Notes under the pieces: generated by a model | What the model saw: the letters and a program-made list of their open reading frames with translations, nothing else | What the model was told of the DNA's origin: nothing | Database searches by the model: none | From: Octopus sinensis | Taxonomy: Eukaryota | Reading direction: 5' to 3' | Length of the DNA stretch: 64,000 nucleotides | NCBI RefSeq assembly: GCF_006345805.1 | Contig: NC_043005.1 | Coordinates: forward strand, 4,774,001 to 4,838,000 | Shown here: positions 13,612-29,333 of the stretch, one piece after another | Layout: every line of letters starts with the position of its first letter | How positions within the stretch are numbered: the stretch's first letter is position 1 | Position numbers and translations under genes: made by a program

Positions 13612-13935
13612 TCACTTGCATATTAATATACAATAATGAGTGCATTATGTGGGTTGGATAGGTATGCAAAGGTGAATATTTGGACAAATCTTTGGGGGAA
13701 ATATTTTGTAGCAAGCCAGTAAGCAACTCTCAATATAATAGCATGATACTGGTGGTTACTCTTATTTCTTGAGATGGGCCCTGCCCAAAACATGACAATA
13801 TGATCTTAATACAACACAAAGTTATTTTATGAATGAAAGTCAACTAAAGTTACCATATTTGCTACCATGTTTTTGTTGAGAAACTTTGAATTTATTTTGA
13901 AAGTAATGAAGAATTTAATAAGGTATGAATACTTT

Positions 13936-14156
13936 ATTAACCCTTTTAACATTCAGATTATTGTCAAACGCAATGCTTATTTATTCACATTGTTTTGGAT
14001 TAAGCTGAATAATCTCATAGCTTCAAAGTTTCAATGATAAGGTTTCTATTTAGAATGGCATTGTAAGGTAGGTGTAAGAGGCCAGATCTGGCAGGTTTCA
14101 ACACAAAACAGAATATTCTGGCTGGATATGGTCAGTTTAAATGCTAAAAGGTTAAG
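13936..14156. mobile_element. TTAA-flanked MITE (piggyBac-like), family 2
   Basis: ttaaccctt..cattcag...aaatgctaaaaggttaa. Related copies at about 11490-11677, 30257-30420, 48826-49046, 57697-57850, 62007-62230. Confidence 0.78.
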
Positions 14157-15735
14157 ATGGTATTTAGAACATAAACCAACATGAAATTTTAATGGAAGAT
14201 TTTAATTTAGATCACTTGAAAACAAGAAGCCAGTGAGTGAGAAACCATGAAACAGAATATATCTCTTACTTGGTCATGGTTACAGCAACAACATTTGTAA
14301 CAAAAAGTAGCAAAAAGACACTTTCAAAGATTGGAGACTGTCGTATAATTTTGAAGAATCGGTTTTGCGTCCATCATTAATATTTTAGCTCTCACTCTTT
14401 TCCATATTCCGATTTAGTTAAACGATTCCACCCCAGAACTTATCTCAAGTCTGGAATGTCTCCTGTTGACTTTTTTTGAACTACTAAGTTATGGGGATGT
14501 AAACAGAACAACTGTTGTCAAGGGCTCAGGTGGAGGAGGAGGACAGAGAGAAATGCATACACACATGTGTATGTGTGTGTGGACTGGACAGAATCCCTTG
14601 AAGCAGATTCTTCTGCAGCTGGATGCCCTTCCTGTCACCAACCCCCAACTGCTTCCAACTAATGTAATATTTTCCCATGGCTGGATATGCTTTAAATGGG
14701 AAACTAACAAAGCATCTGTTTGACAGCGACACTTGTTTGCAACTAACATGATGTCAAGACACACACATCTTTCGGTTTCCACCTTATCTAATCCATTCAG
14801 ATGGTTTGGGTTAATCTGGGGCTTAAGGCACCTATCCCTGGTGCCACACACTGGGACTAAACTCAAAACCAGTACAAGGTTGGGAAGCAAACTTCTTACC
14901 CCCCACACACCTATGTCTGTGCCGATTACAAAAGGTGAAAGTTTTAAAAACTGGCTTCAGTCACTGATCTGTGGCCATGCTACAGCACGGTCTTTAAGGG
15001 ATTTTACTTTAGTCCAACAATCTTCAGTACCTCATTTGATATTTTATGGACCTTAGAAAGAGGAAGAAAAGAAAACATAAGGACAATTCTACAAGGCATT
15101 ACTGCTTGATGTTACACATTCTATCACTCTTTGACTGATGGGTCCATCCATACTTGCCAAAAATGTGGTTTCAGGTTCAATCCCACTACATGGTACCTTC
15201 GGCAAGTGTCTTCCACTATAGCCCTGGGTTGACCAAAGCCTTGTGTATGTGTGTGTGTGTGTAGTAGTAGTAGTAGTATCAGTAGTAGCAGCAGCAGTAG
15301 AGTGTGTGTGTGTGTGTGTGTGTGAGTATTTAAATTTGTGATCATTTGTACAAAGATTGTGAGAGGCAGGGTAATTATTGCCGTTTCCCCTGTCAACAAA
15401 CCATCTGCTTGCAACAAGTCTTCAAAGTAACACAGAATAAGTGGGACCTTCCTTGAAAAGCAGGCAGGGCATCGAACTGTGAACCACTGCCATTTGCCCA
15501 ATCCACACAAGCATAAAAAAAAAAAAACAAAAGGAAAAAAATGATAAACATTTAAAGGGCTTCTGCACAGTTTCTGCCTAACAAATTTCACTCTCAAGTA
15601 TTTGGCTAACTCGAGGTTAGAGTAGAAAACACTTGGCCAAGGTGCCACTCAGTGAGGAGGTCACAGTTGGAGATATATAATTATAAAGAGAATTTAAGCA
15701 GAAAGCAACAGCTGGAATGGCTTATTACCAATACC

Positions 15736-15962
15736 TATTTCTTTATTACCCACAAGGGGCTAAACATAGAGGGGACAAACAAGGACAGACACAGGTATTA
15801 AGTCGATTAGATCGACCCCAGTGCATAACTGGTACTTAATTTATCGACCCTGAAAGGATGAAAGGCAAAGTTGACCTCGGCGGAATTTGAACTCACAATG
15901 TAACGGTAGACGAAATACCGTTGAGCATTTCGCCCGGCATGCTAACGATTGTGCCAGCTCAC
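15736..15962 (-). mobile_element. tRNA-derived SINE family C with central tttgcctttcatcctttcagggtcgataaattaagtaccag domain
   Basis: Head gtgagctggca..gagttcaaattccgcc. From memory the central block resembles the Meta-type SINE domain (unverified). Other copies at about 6298-6530, 9640-9850, 20470-20655, 20850-21040, 23990-24770, 26575-26755, 36470-36890, 48590-48730, 59620-59830. Confidence 0.85.
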
Positions 15963-16117
15963 TTATTACCAATAGCACTGCTCATCTGGAACACAAGACA
16001 CATAAGTAACAAGCAACATACAGTTCTACACGAAGAGAATTTAAGCAGACAGCCACAGTTTATTATGAACACTGCTTCTCATTGGGAGCAGAATGGTTTC
16101 ATAATCAGTTGATCTTA

Positions 16118-16420
<303 letters not shown>

Positions 16421-16527
16421 TTAAGTAGATAGCGAATGTTTGGTGAGGGGATAAGAGTACCATAATTGACAGGAAGTGGGACTCATAGGAAGTCAGCAAC
16501 ACTTCGGAAGGAAGAGCTTCTTTAGAA

Positions 16528-16571
<44 letters not shown>

Positions 16572-17348
16572 ATGTGTGTTTATATACACACAGTGTGTGT
16601 GTGATGAAAAGTTCTTAGGAAGATTAATTTTTGACGAGGAATGAACAAACATTAAATAAATATTAACCAAAAATTGACCGATATTTGTGAGAAGGAAAAA
16701 AAACGGAGATGCATTTTCTTTTTCTATTTAATACTCTGTTACTTGTTTCAGTCATTTGACTGCGGCCATGCTGGAGCACCGCCTTTAGTCGAGCAACTCG
16801 ACCCTGGGACTTATTCTTTTGTAAGCCCAGTACTTATTCTATCAGTCTCTTTTGCCGAACCGCTAAGTAACGGGAACATAAACACACCAGCATTGGTTGT
16901 CAAGCAATGCTAGGGGACAAACACACACACAAACACATACACGGATATATATATATATATACATATATACGACAGGCTTCTTTCAGTTTCCGTCTACCAA
17001 ATCCACTCACAAGTCTTTGGTCAGCCCGAGGCTATAGTAGAAGACACTTGCCCAAGGTGCCACGCAGTGGGATTGAACCCGGAACCATGTGGTTGGTAGA
17101 CAAGCTACTTACCACACAGCCACTCCTGCGCCTAATGATGTTTTAATGATTTTTTTTTTTACCATATGATTTTATAGTTCCCACAAATTTGACCATTAAT
17201 ATGGATTGGCTATTTGGTTAATAAGTTCATTTCCCAACCATGTGGCTTCGGGTTCAGTCCCACTGTGTGACCTTGTGCAAGTGCTGTCTATTACAGTCTT
17301 GGGCTAACCAAAGTGGATTCCAAGGACGAAAACTGAAAGAAGCCCATC

Positions 17349-17381
<33 letters not shown>

Positions 17382-17659
17382 AGTGTGTACTCTAGTCTTG
17401 ACAGGGTGCGATTCATTTCCAACATTCTGTAAGAATGTGTCTGGCCATGGATGAATATTACTTTACAAGAAACAGGTGAGGACTGGCAACAAGAAGGACA
17501 TAGAGCCATAGAAGACCTGCCTCAATGAAGTGACCAACCCATGCAAGCATGGAAAAAGTGGAGGTTAAAAACGAGTGGGAAATGACTGGGACAAGTGAAA
17601 AATGAAACTCCTTAAAAAAAGCACAACACAGCTGACAATTAAAAGAAATTATCATTTCA

Positions 17660-18080
17660 TGTCCACTTTTCCATGCTTGCATGGGTCAGATGGAATTCAT
17701 TGTACTAGATTTTCTATGGTTGGATGCCCTTCCTCTCACCAACCTTTTCCTGTTTCCAAATAAGGTAATATTTCCCCTTGGATAAATGTGCTTTCATGGA
17801 AAACTAGAAATGAAGTGAGAGGCTGCTAGTATGATGGTGGCAGCTGTTTACAATTATTACACGATGTCAAGACAAAGAGACTAACATACAAATGTGTGTG
17901 CACACACACACACACACACAAGGTTTTGTCAGTTTCCATGGGAAAAAAGATCCACTCACGGGTCTTTGGTCAGCTCAGAGCTATAGTAGAAGACACTTGC
18001 CCAAAGTGCCATACAGTGGGACTGAACCTAAAACCCTATGGTGTGGGAGTGAACTTATTAACCACGTAACCATGTCTGTG
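17660..18080 (-). mobile_element. tRNA-derived SINE family B: same head as family A, different body, RTE-like 3' tail
   Basis: Head as in family A, then ..ttggaaacaggtgagggttggtgacaggaagggcatccagccatagaaaatc..catgcaagcatggaaaagtggac. Other copies at about 6790-7155, 14590-14915, 17197-17570, 21085-21530, 34470-34810, 39320-39680, 49050-49460, 58150-58530, 61640-61990. Confidence 0.85.
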
Positions 18081-18311
18081 CCAGATAGCTCTTTTTTCTT
18101 TTTTAGGGCTTCAGGTCAATAAATGAGAGCCTTAATTAGTTTAAACTCTTTGGCTCTCTCTCTCTCACCCTAAGAGCTAATAAGACAGAAAAGAAAACAA
18201 TAACAAAGAAAACAAAACTGGTTATTGAAGAATATGATGTAAGAATAAAGCAAATAAGAAAATAAATTTTGTTTAGCATCGAAAAATGTGAAGTGAGAAA
18301 GCAAGACTCAC

Positions 18312-18400
18312 CTTTCCACTATAAATTTCAAAATAACTTGCACTCACAGTAAGATCAAATTTTTTATAACGAGAATGGAGTAATTTAAAGACATCTTTTG
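18312..18400 (-). CDS. KIF2A: Kinesin-13 motor exon: KDVFKLLHSRYKKFDLTVSASYFEIYSGK
   Basis: ttacag acceptor, gtgagt donor, 89 nt; FEIY motif. Confidence 0.96.
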
Positions 18401-20360
18401 CTGTAACAAACAACAGAAGGTTTTAATTAATCCAATTTGCCTAAAACTGTGCAACTGTGAATATACAAGTAGAATGGTAAGATTAAATCCTATCTAAATA
18501 ATGCTTTAACCCTTTCATTACCGTATTTTTTTTTTTTTTGAGATGTTCCGTGTTTCTTTCAAATACTTTAAATATTACAAAGAATTTAGCAAAATAACTC
18601 GGTTATCATTCAACGAGTGTTAGGAACATAAATTGTGACTAAGGTTTGGTTGAAGATTTTAATTCAAAATTTATGAAAACCAGACATTTGTACTCAGAGC
18701 CAGTTTCAGCCCGGCTGGTAACAAAAGTTACACAAGTCAGACAAAGTTGACTAAACTAAAGAACTTTAGCAAACTTAATTACAAATTATATAAAAGAGAT
18801 CGTTTAAATAGTTAACTTAATCAGCGTGATTGTTGCTAGGGCCGTTGGCTGGCTCCTGTGCCAGTGGCATGTAAAAAGCACCATTTGAACGTGGCCAATG
18901 CCAGTATCGCCTGACTGGCTCTCATGCCGGTGGCACGTAAAGGCACCCACTACACTCTCGGAGTGGTTGGCATTAGGAAGGGCATCAAGCTGTAGAAACT
19001 CTGCCAGATCAGATTGGAGACTGGTTGCAGCCTTCTGGCTCGCCAGCTCTCAGTCAAACCGTCCAACCCATGCCAGCATGGAAAGCGGATGTTAAATGAT
19101 GATGATGATTTTGGTGCCAACCTACTTGAGACTACCCCCTAGTTCTAAAATACAATTTTCCTGTTAATTTGTTCCAGACACCAGCTTAACAATGACAACA
19201 CTATTTTACTAAATTCTTTTTTTGTTCAAAATTAATTGAAACAAAGACAATTTCAACAGAAATATAACAAAAAAGAGTTAAACAGACCAATGTTGAAAGA
19301 AATCCCAACCATGGCCATCCAGTCAATTTAAAAAAAATTTTTTTTTAATCACAGTAAATCTCACACATCATCCAATGATGGTAGGATGGGCTTTAATTAA
19401 CCCTTCTGATACCACTACACTTGAGACCATTCCCTAGTTCTGATACAAATTTTGTTTTAAAGTGATTTAAATTAAAATCTTCCACAAAAATTCCATGTTA
19501 AAATTCATGTACCAAATATCGGTTTAATAATGACAAAGTCATTTTACAAAATACTTCACTATTTTAAAAATTAGCTAAAACAAAAGCAGAGTATTTAAAG
19601 AACAATATGGTAAGCAAAAGGTTAAAGGTCAACCTCTCTAATTTAATATCTTGACATTTTTAAAATGAAATAAACTTTATACATTTGTTTGGAATTTTCA
19701 GACTACATATTTCTGATTGTTACAGAAAAAAACAAAAAAAAATTATCACTAGCAACATTTCAGATAATGTATTAATAATAATTAATAATAATAATAATAA
19801 TTAATAATAATAATAATTAATAATAATAATAATTACTAATAATGATGATGATGATGATGAAATTATTGTATACAGTGCTCAGGTGCACAACAACTTGTCA
19901 GAAAGTGTGTATAAAGTATATGCAGTAATGTACAAATGTCTGGAAAGTGAACAATGTATGAGTCAGATACATGCTTGTGTGTGTGTGTATGGAGGGGAGA
20001 AAATCAGGTGTAGTGTTGGTGAATCTCAGAAATCCTGACAGTATTAGGGGAAAATACTTATCAGAAATAAATATTCACATGTACGTACAACTTAAACTTG
20101 GACGGGTGGTTTTCAATTCTGTAGGTTCTCGTAATCAACCTGAGAAATCATTTTATTATAGATGTTAGGTGCTTTCTCAAGTTGATTACCACAGCCTCTG
20201 GCATTCAAAACAACTCAACCAAGTTAAGGTTGGGTGTGCTAATTAATATTCATTATAAAGGCTGTTCCTGTCATTTACAGCTAAGTTATACGTCTCAGAA
20301 ACACAAGGAAAAATAATTTGTTTTAAAAATATAATTAAACATTAAAACTGTTTAAATTCA

Positions 20361-20492
<132 letters not shown>

Positions 20493-21301
20493 TTAGCACA
20501 CCAGGCAGAATGGTTAGTGGCATTTTACCTGTCTTTTTACATTCTGAGTTCAAATTCTGCCAAGGTCAATACAATAAATACCAGTTGAGCACTGAGGGCC
20601 AATGTAATTGACTTACACTCCCTTCCTTGAAATTGCTGGCCTTGTGCCAAAATTTGAAATCAGTAGCAGTAATTTTTCACATATGCACAAGGCCAATCAA
20701 CCTCAAACCTGGAAAGATGACAGGAAAAGTTGATTTTGGTGGGTTTTGAACTTGCAAAGTCGAAGAACTAGAATACCACTAGGCATTTTGTCTGCCTCTC
20801 ACCAAATTCTGCCATTCACTGCTTTCTTCTGATAATTATCTCTCAGTTAGACACAAGGCCTGCCATTTTGAGGGGAAATGTTAGTTTTTACCATTCACCC
20901 AATATTTGACAGCTGCTTTATTTTATCGACCCTGAAAGGATGAAAGGCAAAGGTGACCTTGGCATGATTTGAACTCAGAATGTAAAGAGCTGGAACAAAG
21001 CAATTTTTTCCCTGGCACACCAACAATTCTGCCAGCTCACCAATGTGCAAAAGACAATGTAATCATTAGAACATTATTATTCCAACAGTGTTTATGCTGT
21101 TGCTGGCTGAATGCTCTCCCTGCTACCAACCCTCACGTGTTTCCAAGTAAGGTAATATTTTCCTAGAGCCAGGCATGTCTTCAGAGAATACTGGAAATGA
21201 ATGACACTCATTTACAATTGTGGAATGGTAACAAGACAAAGACATACACACACACATATATCTACATACACGTGTGGGTGTGTGTGTGTGTGTATGTATA
21301 T

Positions 21302-21349
<48 letters not shown>

Positions 21350-21593
21350 TACATACACACAAACACAAGAGGCTTCTTTCAGTTTCCGTCTACCAAATCC
21401 ACTCACAAGGCTTTGGTCAGCTTCAGCCTGTAGTAGAAGACACTTGCCCAAGGTGTCACATACGGGGATTGAACCGCAAACCATACGGTCAGAAGGCAAA
21501 CTTTTCAACCAGACAGTCATGCCTGTACCTACAAAAACTAGTCAAACTCTTTAAAATAAAGTCAAACTCTTGTTGAGTTTATGAGTCAACTCA

Positions 21594-23965
<2,372 letters not shown>

Positions 23966-24985
23966 TAATAATAATAATAATAATGGTTTTAAAATTTTGG
24001 CACAAGGCCAGCAATTTTGGGGGTGGGGTAAGTTGATTACATCAACCCCCAGTGCTCAACTGGTCCTTATTTTATTTACCACAAAAGGGTGATTGGCAAA
24101 GTCAACCATGGCAGCATTTCAACTCAGAATGTAAAGACAGACAAAATGCCACTGAGATTTCTAAACATTTCTCCCGGTGTGCTAACAATTCTACCAGCTT
24201 GCCACCCTAATAACAGTAATAATAATCCTTTCTACTAAAGATACAGGGTCTGAAATGTTGGCGGGAGGGTTTAAGCCAATTACCTCAACCCCAGTGTTTC
24301 ACTGGTACTGAATCTATTGACCATGAAAGGATGAAAGGCAAGGTCGAACTTGGTGAAGTTTGAACTCAAATAATAATTATCTTTTCTACTATAGGCACAA
24401 GGCCTGAAGTTTGTGGATGGGGAACAGGCGAATAAATTGACCTCAGTGCGCAACTGGTACTTATTTTTCAATTCCAAAAGGATGAAAGGCAAAGTCATCC
24501 CTGGAAGAATTTGAACTCAGAACATAATGATGGAAGAAATGCCACCAAGTATTTTGCCTGGCATGCTAACAACTCTGCCAGCTCACCAGTAATAATAATA
24601 ATATAATAATAATAATAATAATAATGTTTTCTATTACAGGCACAAGGCCTGAAATTTCTGAAGAAGATGCTAATCAGTTACATTGACTCCGGTGCTTAAC
24701 TGGTATTTATTTTATTGATCCCGGAAGGGATGGAAGTCAAAGTCAGCCACAGCGGAATTTATTACAGAACCAAGAGCAGTCTTAGGTAAGTTGGTGTGAA
24801 AAGGGTCAAAAATTGACAAGATGGGGTTTGGGATAAATTCAGCAGTTATTTCTAGCAGGTCGGACAACCTGTTCGCTAACGAATAGTATTACTCATTTAT
24901 AATTTAATGTAAAGACTATAACATCATCATCATCATCATTATTATTATCATCTATAAGGATGGTGAAGAAGAAACACAGTACTCA

Positions 24986-25240
<255 letters not shown>

Positions 25241-26005
25241 TTAAAAGACAAAACAATTACGTGTGTAGTGTTCCAATCTCATGGACAAACACTAGAATCT
25301 CCCATCAGCTCACACTTTCACAAACTCACCCGCTTCTTGGCCCCTATCCCTCTCACTCATCCCTCTGGCATTCTTGTAGGTAGTACCCCACCTCTATCAT
25401 ACGCTTGCCTATCAACATGTACTCCCACAGTACTACACCCACCTCCAATAAGAGGTCTTGTCTTGTGAGCTATTTGGTGCACCTCACAGGTTCAGGTGAC
25501 ACATAAAAGGCACACGGTACACTCTGTGAAGTGGTTGACGTTAGGAACCATGCCAAGACGATGTAACAATCATCTGACCTGTTGGATGCTGTCCAACCAT
25601 GCAGCCCTTGCTAGCATGGAAGACAGGTGTTAGATGATCGCACACACACACAATTATATCATCGTCATCATTTACTGTCTGCTTTCCATGCTGGCATGGG
25701 TGGATAGTTTGATATGGAGCTGGCCAAACTCTAATTGTCTGTTGTGGTATGGTTTCTACGACTGGCTGCCCTTCCCTGATGCCAACCACTTAACAGAGTG
25801 TGTTGGGTGCTTTTTGTGTGGCACTGGCCCCTGTAAAGAACAAGCCTGTATGCATGGAAGACAAGGATTTCACTTAGCTTGGTACGTCTTATCAAGTACA
25901 GCAAATCACATCTCCTGCTCCCTTGTCATTTCCTCAGACGCACTCTACATACACACACACTCCAAATATATATATATATATATATATATACACGGACGGA
26001 CACAT

Positions 26006-26041
<36 letters not shown>

Positions 26042-26201
26042 GTATAATAATAAATATTAGGGAATAAATCCAAATTTACAGGGAAAAATCAGATTTAGGA
26101 TTAAATCCAATTTTATAGCAAAATATTATATAATATAATTCGAGACAAAACCACTTCATAAATTTACTTCATAAATTAAAACAGATTAGGAGATCGAAAA
26201 T

Positions 26202-26244
26202 CCACCTGACGAATGTCATTGAAGACATGAAATGATTGTAGTGG
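26202..26244 (+). ncRNA. Minimal type I hammerhead ribozyme motif, slightly decayed
   Basis: Stem I CCAC/GTGG, CTGACGA, stem II ATGTC/GACAT, GAAA, TGATTG (CGATCG after CpG decay, inferred), GUA triplet. Confidence 0.7.
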
Positions 26245-26341
26245 CGGTTTATTTCTTTATATTAAAAATTTTTATGTATTGATTAAGTCTTTCCTTGTTT
26301 GTTTTGCAAAATAGTGGTTTTGTCTCGAATTATATTATATA

Positions 26342-26382
<41 letters not shown>

Positions 26383-26388
26383 GGACGG

Positions 26389-26420
<32 letters not shown>

Positions 26421-26723
26421 CATCATCATCATTTAGCGTCCGTTTTCCATGCTAGCAGGGGTTGGACGGTTTAACTAGGGTCTGTGAAGCCAGGAGGCTT
26501 CATCAGGCCCAGTCAGATTTGGCAGTGTTTCTACGGCTGGATGCCCTTCCTAACGCCAACCACTATATATAATGTAAGCTGGCAGAATCTCATTAGCATG
26601 CTGGCATTTCTTCTGGCTTTATGTTCTAAGTTTAAATTCCACTGAGGTTGACTTTGCCTTTCTTCCTTTTGGGGTTGATAAAACAAGTACCAGTTGAGTA
26701 CTGGGGTCAATATAATCGATTTA

Positions 26724-27032
<309 letters not shown>

Positions 27033-27800
27033 TCATTGCCATTAAATGGAAATAAAAAAACCAAACAAACAAGTCATATAAGGTGCAAACACAAAAGCAA
27101 GCATTTAAAAAATTTTTTAAGCTTGCTTACAAACCACATGGTTCCGGGTTCAGTCCCACTACATTGTACCTTGGGCAAGTGTCATCTACTATAGCCTCAG
27201 GCCGACCAAAGCCTTGTGAGTGGATTTGGTAGATGGAAACTGAAAGAAGCCCATCGTATACATGTGTGTGTGTGTGTGTGTGTTTGTGTGTCTGTCCCCT
27301 CAACATCGCTTGACAACCGATGGTGTGTATACGTCCCTGTAACTTAGTGGTTCGGCAAAAGAGACCGATAGAATAAGTACTAGGCTTACAAAGAATAAGT
27401 CCTGGAGTTGATTGGCTTGACTAAAGGTGGTGCTCCAGCATGGCCACAGTCAAATGACTGAAACAAGTAAAAGAGTAAACCTGAAATTTTCTTCATCATA
27501 TTTGTGCTGAAATAAAAAACAGTTTCTAGTGATCTCAGGTAAATCAAATGATTTTTGTTAATTTATTAGCTTCACAGGTGTAGGCATGGCTGTGTGGTTA
27601 AGAAGCACTTCCTAACGATGTGGTTTCCAGTTGTCTCATTGTTCAGCACTTCTTGTGCATCTTATGCTATTGCCCTGGGCCCATCAAAGCTTTGTGGATG
27701 GATTTGGCAGAGGGAAACTGAAAGAAGCTTGTAGTGTGTGTTTCTACCTCTTTGTTTTGATATCACATGATAGTGACACTGCAAACTGAAAGAATCCCAG

Positions 27801-27831
<31 letters not shown>

Positions 27832-28792
27832 TGTGTGTGTTTCTAGTTGAACTTCTCCAAAAAACCAGTAAGATACAAATGGTGATGGTGCCGTTCTCTC
27901 CAGTCGACAAATCCCCCCCCCCCTCTGGCTGCGTCTTCAAAGGTGTGTGGAACAAGAGACACTTTACTTGAAACTCTGGTAGGGATTAACGACAGGAAGG
28001 CTGTCTTGCATAAAACAATGCTTCATCAAATGATGACTGCATAATGAAGACGCTTGCTTTCCAACCAAATGGTTTTGGGTTCAGTCTCATTGTGCAGCAC
28101 CTCTGGGCCAACCGAAGCCTTGTGAAAGGACATGGTAGACAGAAACTTAAAGAAACTCATTGTGCACACACGAGTGCGTATAGACAAAGCAGTAAGGGCT
28201 TTTTAAAAGTCTTACCAAGAACAAGACAACCTCTCTGGTGTTGGTGCCACAACAAAATAGATCTAATGGTCGATGGTAAGAAGGACATCCAGCCAAAAAA
28301 ACCCATGTCAAAAATGAGAACTACAAAAGTGAGATGTTGCTCTCTGACCTGTCTAGGGCAGCTGTAATTCAAACAGGAATCAGCCTAGACCGGGGCAACT
28401 TGCCCACCCCATGTCAGCATGGAAAGTGTGAAGGAATGATCAGTAAGCAAGAGGCAGGAAAAAGTCAATGTTAATAACACTTTATTGTAGAGAGAAACTC
28501 TATAACTGAACATGAGGAGAAGCAGGAGCAGGTTCTCCGCCCTTGGGTGATGCCACAGATCACCGCCCAGGAGTGGTCTGTCATAGACACACGTACACAT
28601 TATTGGATGGCTGTTGACACATGAGTTTCTCCGCCCTTTGCTGGATTTTGTTTTCAGCCTTGCAGGGTGTCCAAAATCCCCCTCCTTACCAAGCAAGCTT
28701 GGTGGGGTCGGCAGTTTAGGCACTGACAACCTGAAGAGATGCAACAGAGAGAAAGTATCAAAGGAGAGGCAAGAGTGGGGCCAATGTAATAC

Positions 28793-28940
28793 CTTATCAT
28801 AGAGAGAAACTCCCAATTTGGGTCGGTCGTGTCATATTCTGTATCTTGCAATTCCCGGACAGCCTGATGATGAGCCCTTCTTTCATCTCGTTTTTGCTTG
28901 ATCTTTTCTACTGCTTTCACACAATTCGATTTCCGACGAC
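28793..28940 (-). CDS. KIF2A: Kinesin-13 neck exon: RRKSNCVKAVEKIKQKRDERRAHHQAVRELQDTEYDTTDPNWEFLSMI(R)
   Basis: gtcag acceptor, gtatta donor, 148 nt; RRKS neck (Aurora B site motif in MCAK) and PNWEF. Confidence 0.96.
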
Positions 28941-29213
28941 CTGACAAAAAAAAAAAACAACCAAACACTCATATTTAGCTCAATTTCATTTCGAGCAATT
29001 AAAGGACATTCTTTGATCTTATTGATCGTTTATTCAAAACATTTGCAGAATTAATTGTAATACAAGCAATGTATTCCACAGAAATATCCTAAAGAAAGCA
29101 TTAAAACAAAAACAATTTCTTGCACTAAAAGAGAATTTCCTGCTACATTATGGGACGCACTTTGGAGTTTCAACAAGAAAAAAGCAAAAAGGACTTTGAA
29201 TATTTTTACCAAC

Positions 29214-29333
29214 CTTGATTGTTTGGTATTTTGGATTTTTCATCTGTCCCATTGTTTACCACAGACTGTCCATTTTGAGAGATCACCGATTGTCGTGGAA
29301 CTGCATAGCTAGGACGGGAACGACTTAATGAAC
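29214..29333 (-). CDS. KIF2A: Kinesin-13 linker exon: SLSRSRPSYAVPRQSVISQNGQSVVNNGTDEKSKIPNNQ(G)
   Basis: ctctcag acceptor, gttggt donor, 120 nt, phase 1 to 1, stop-free. Confidence 0.85.
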
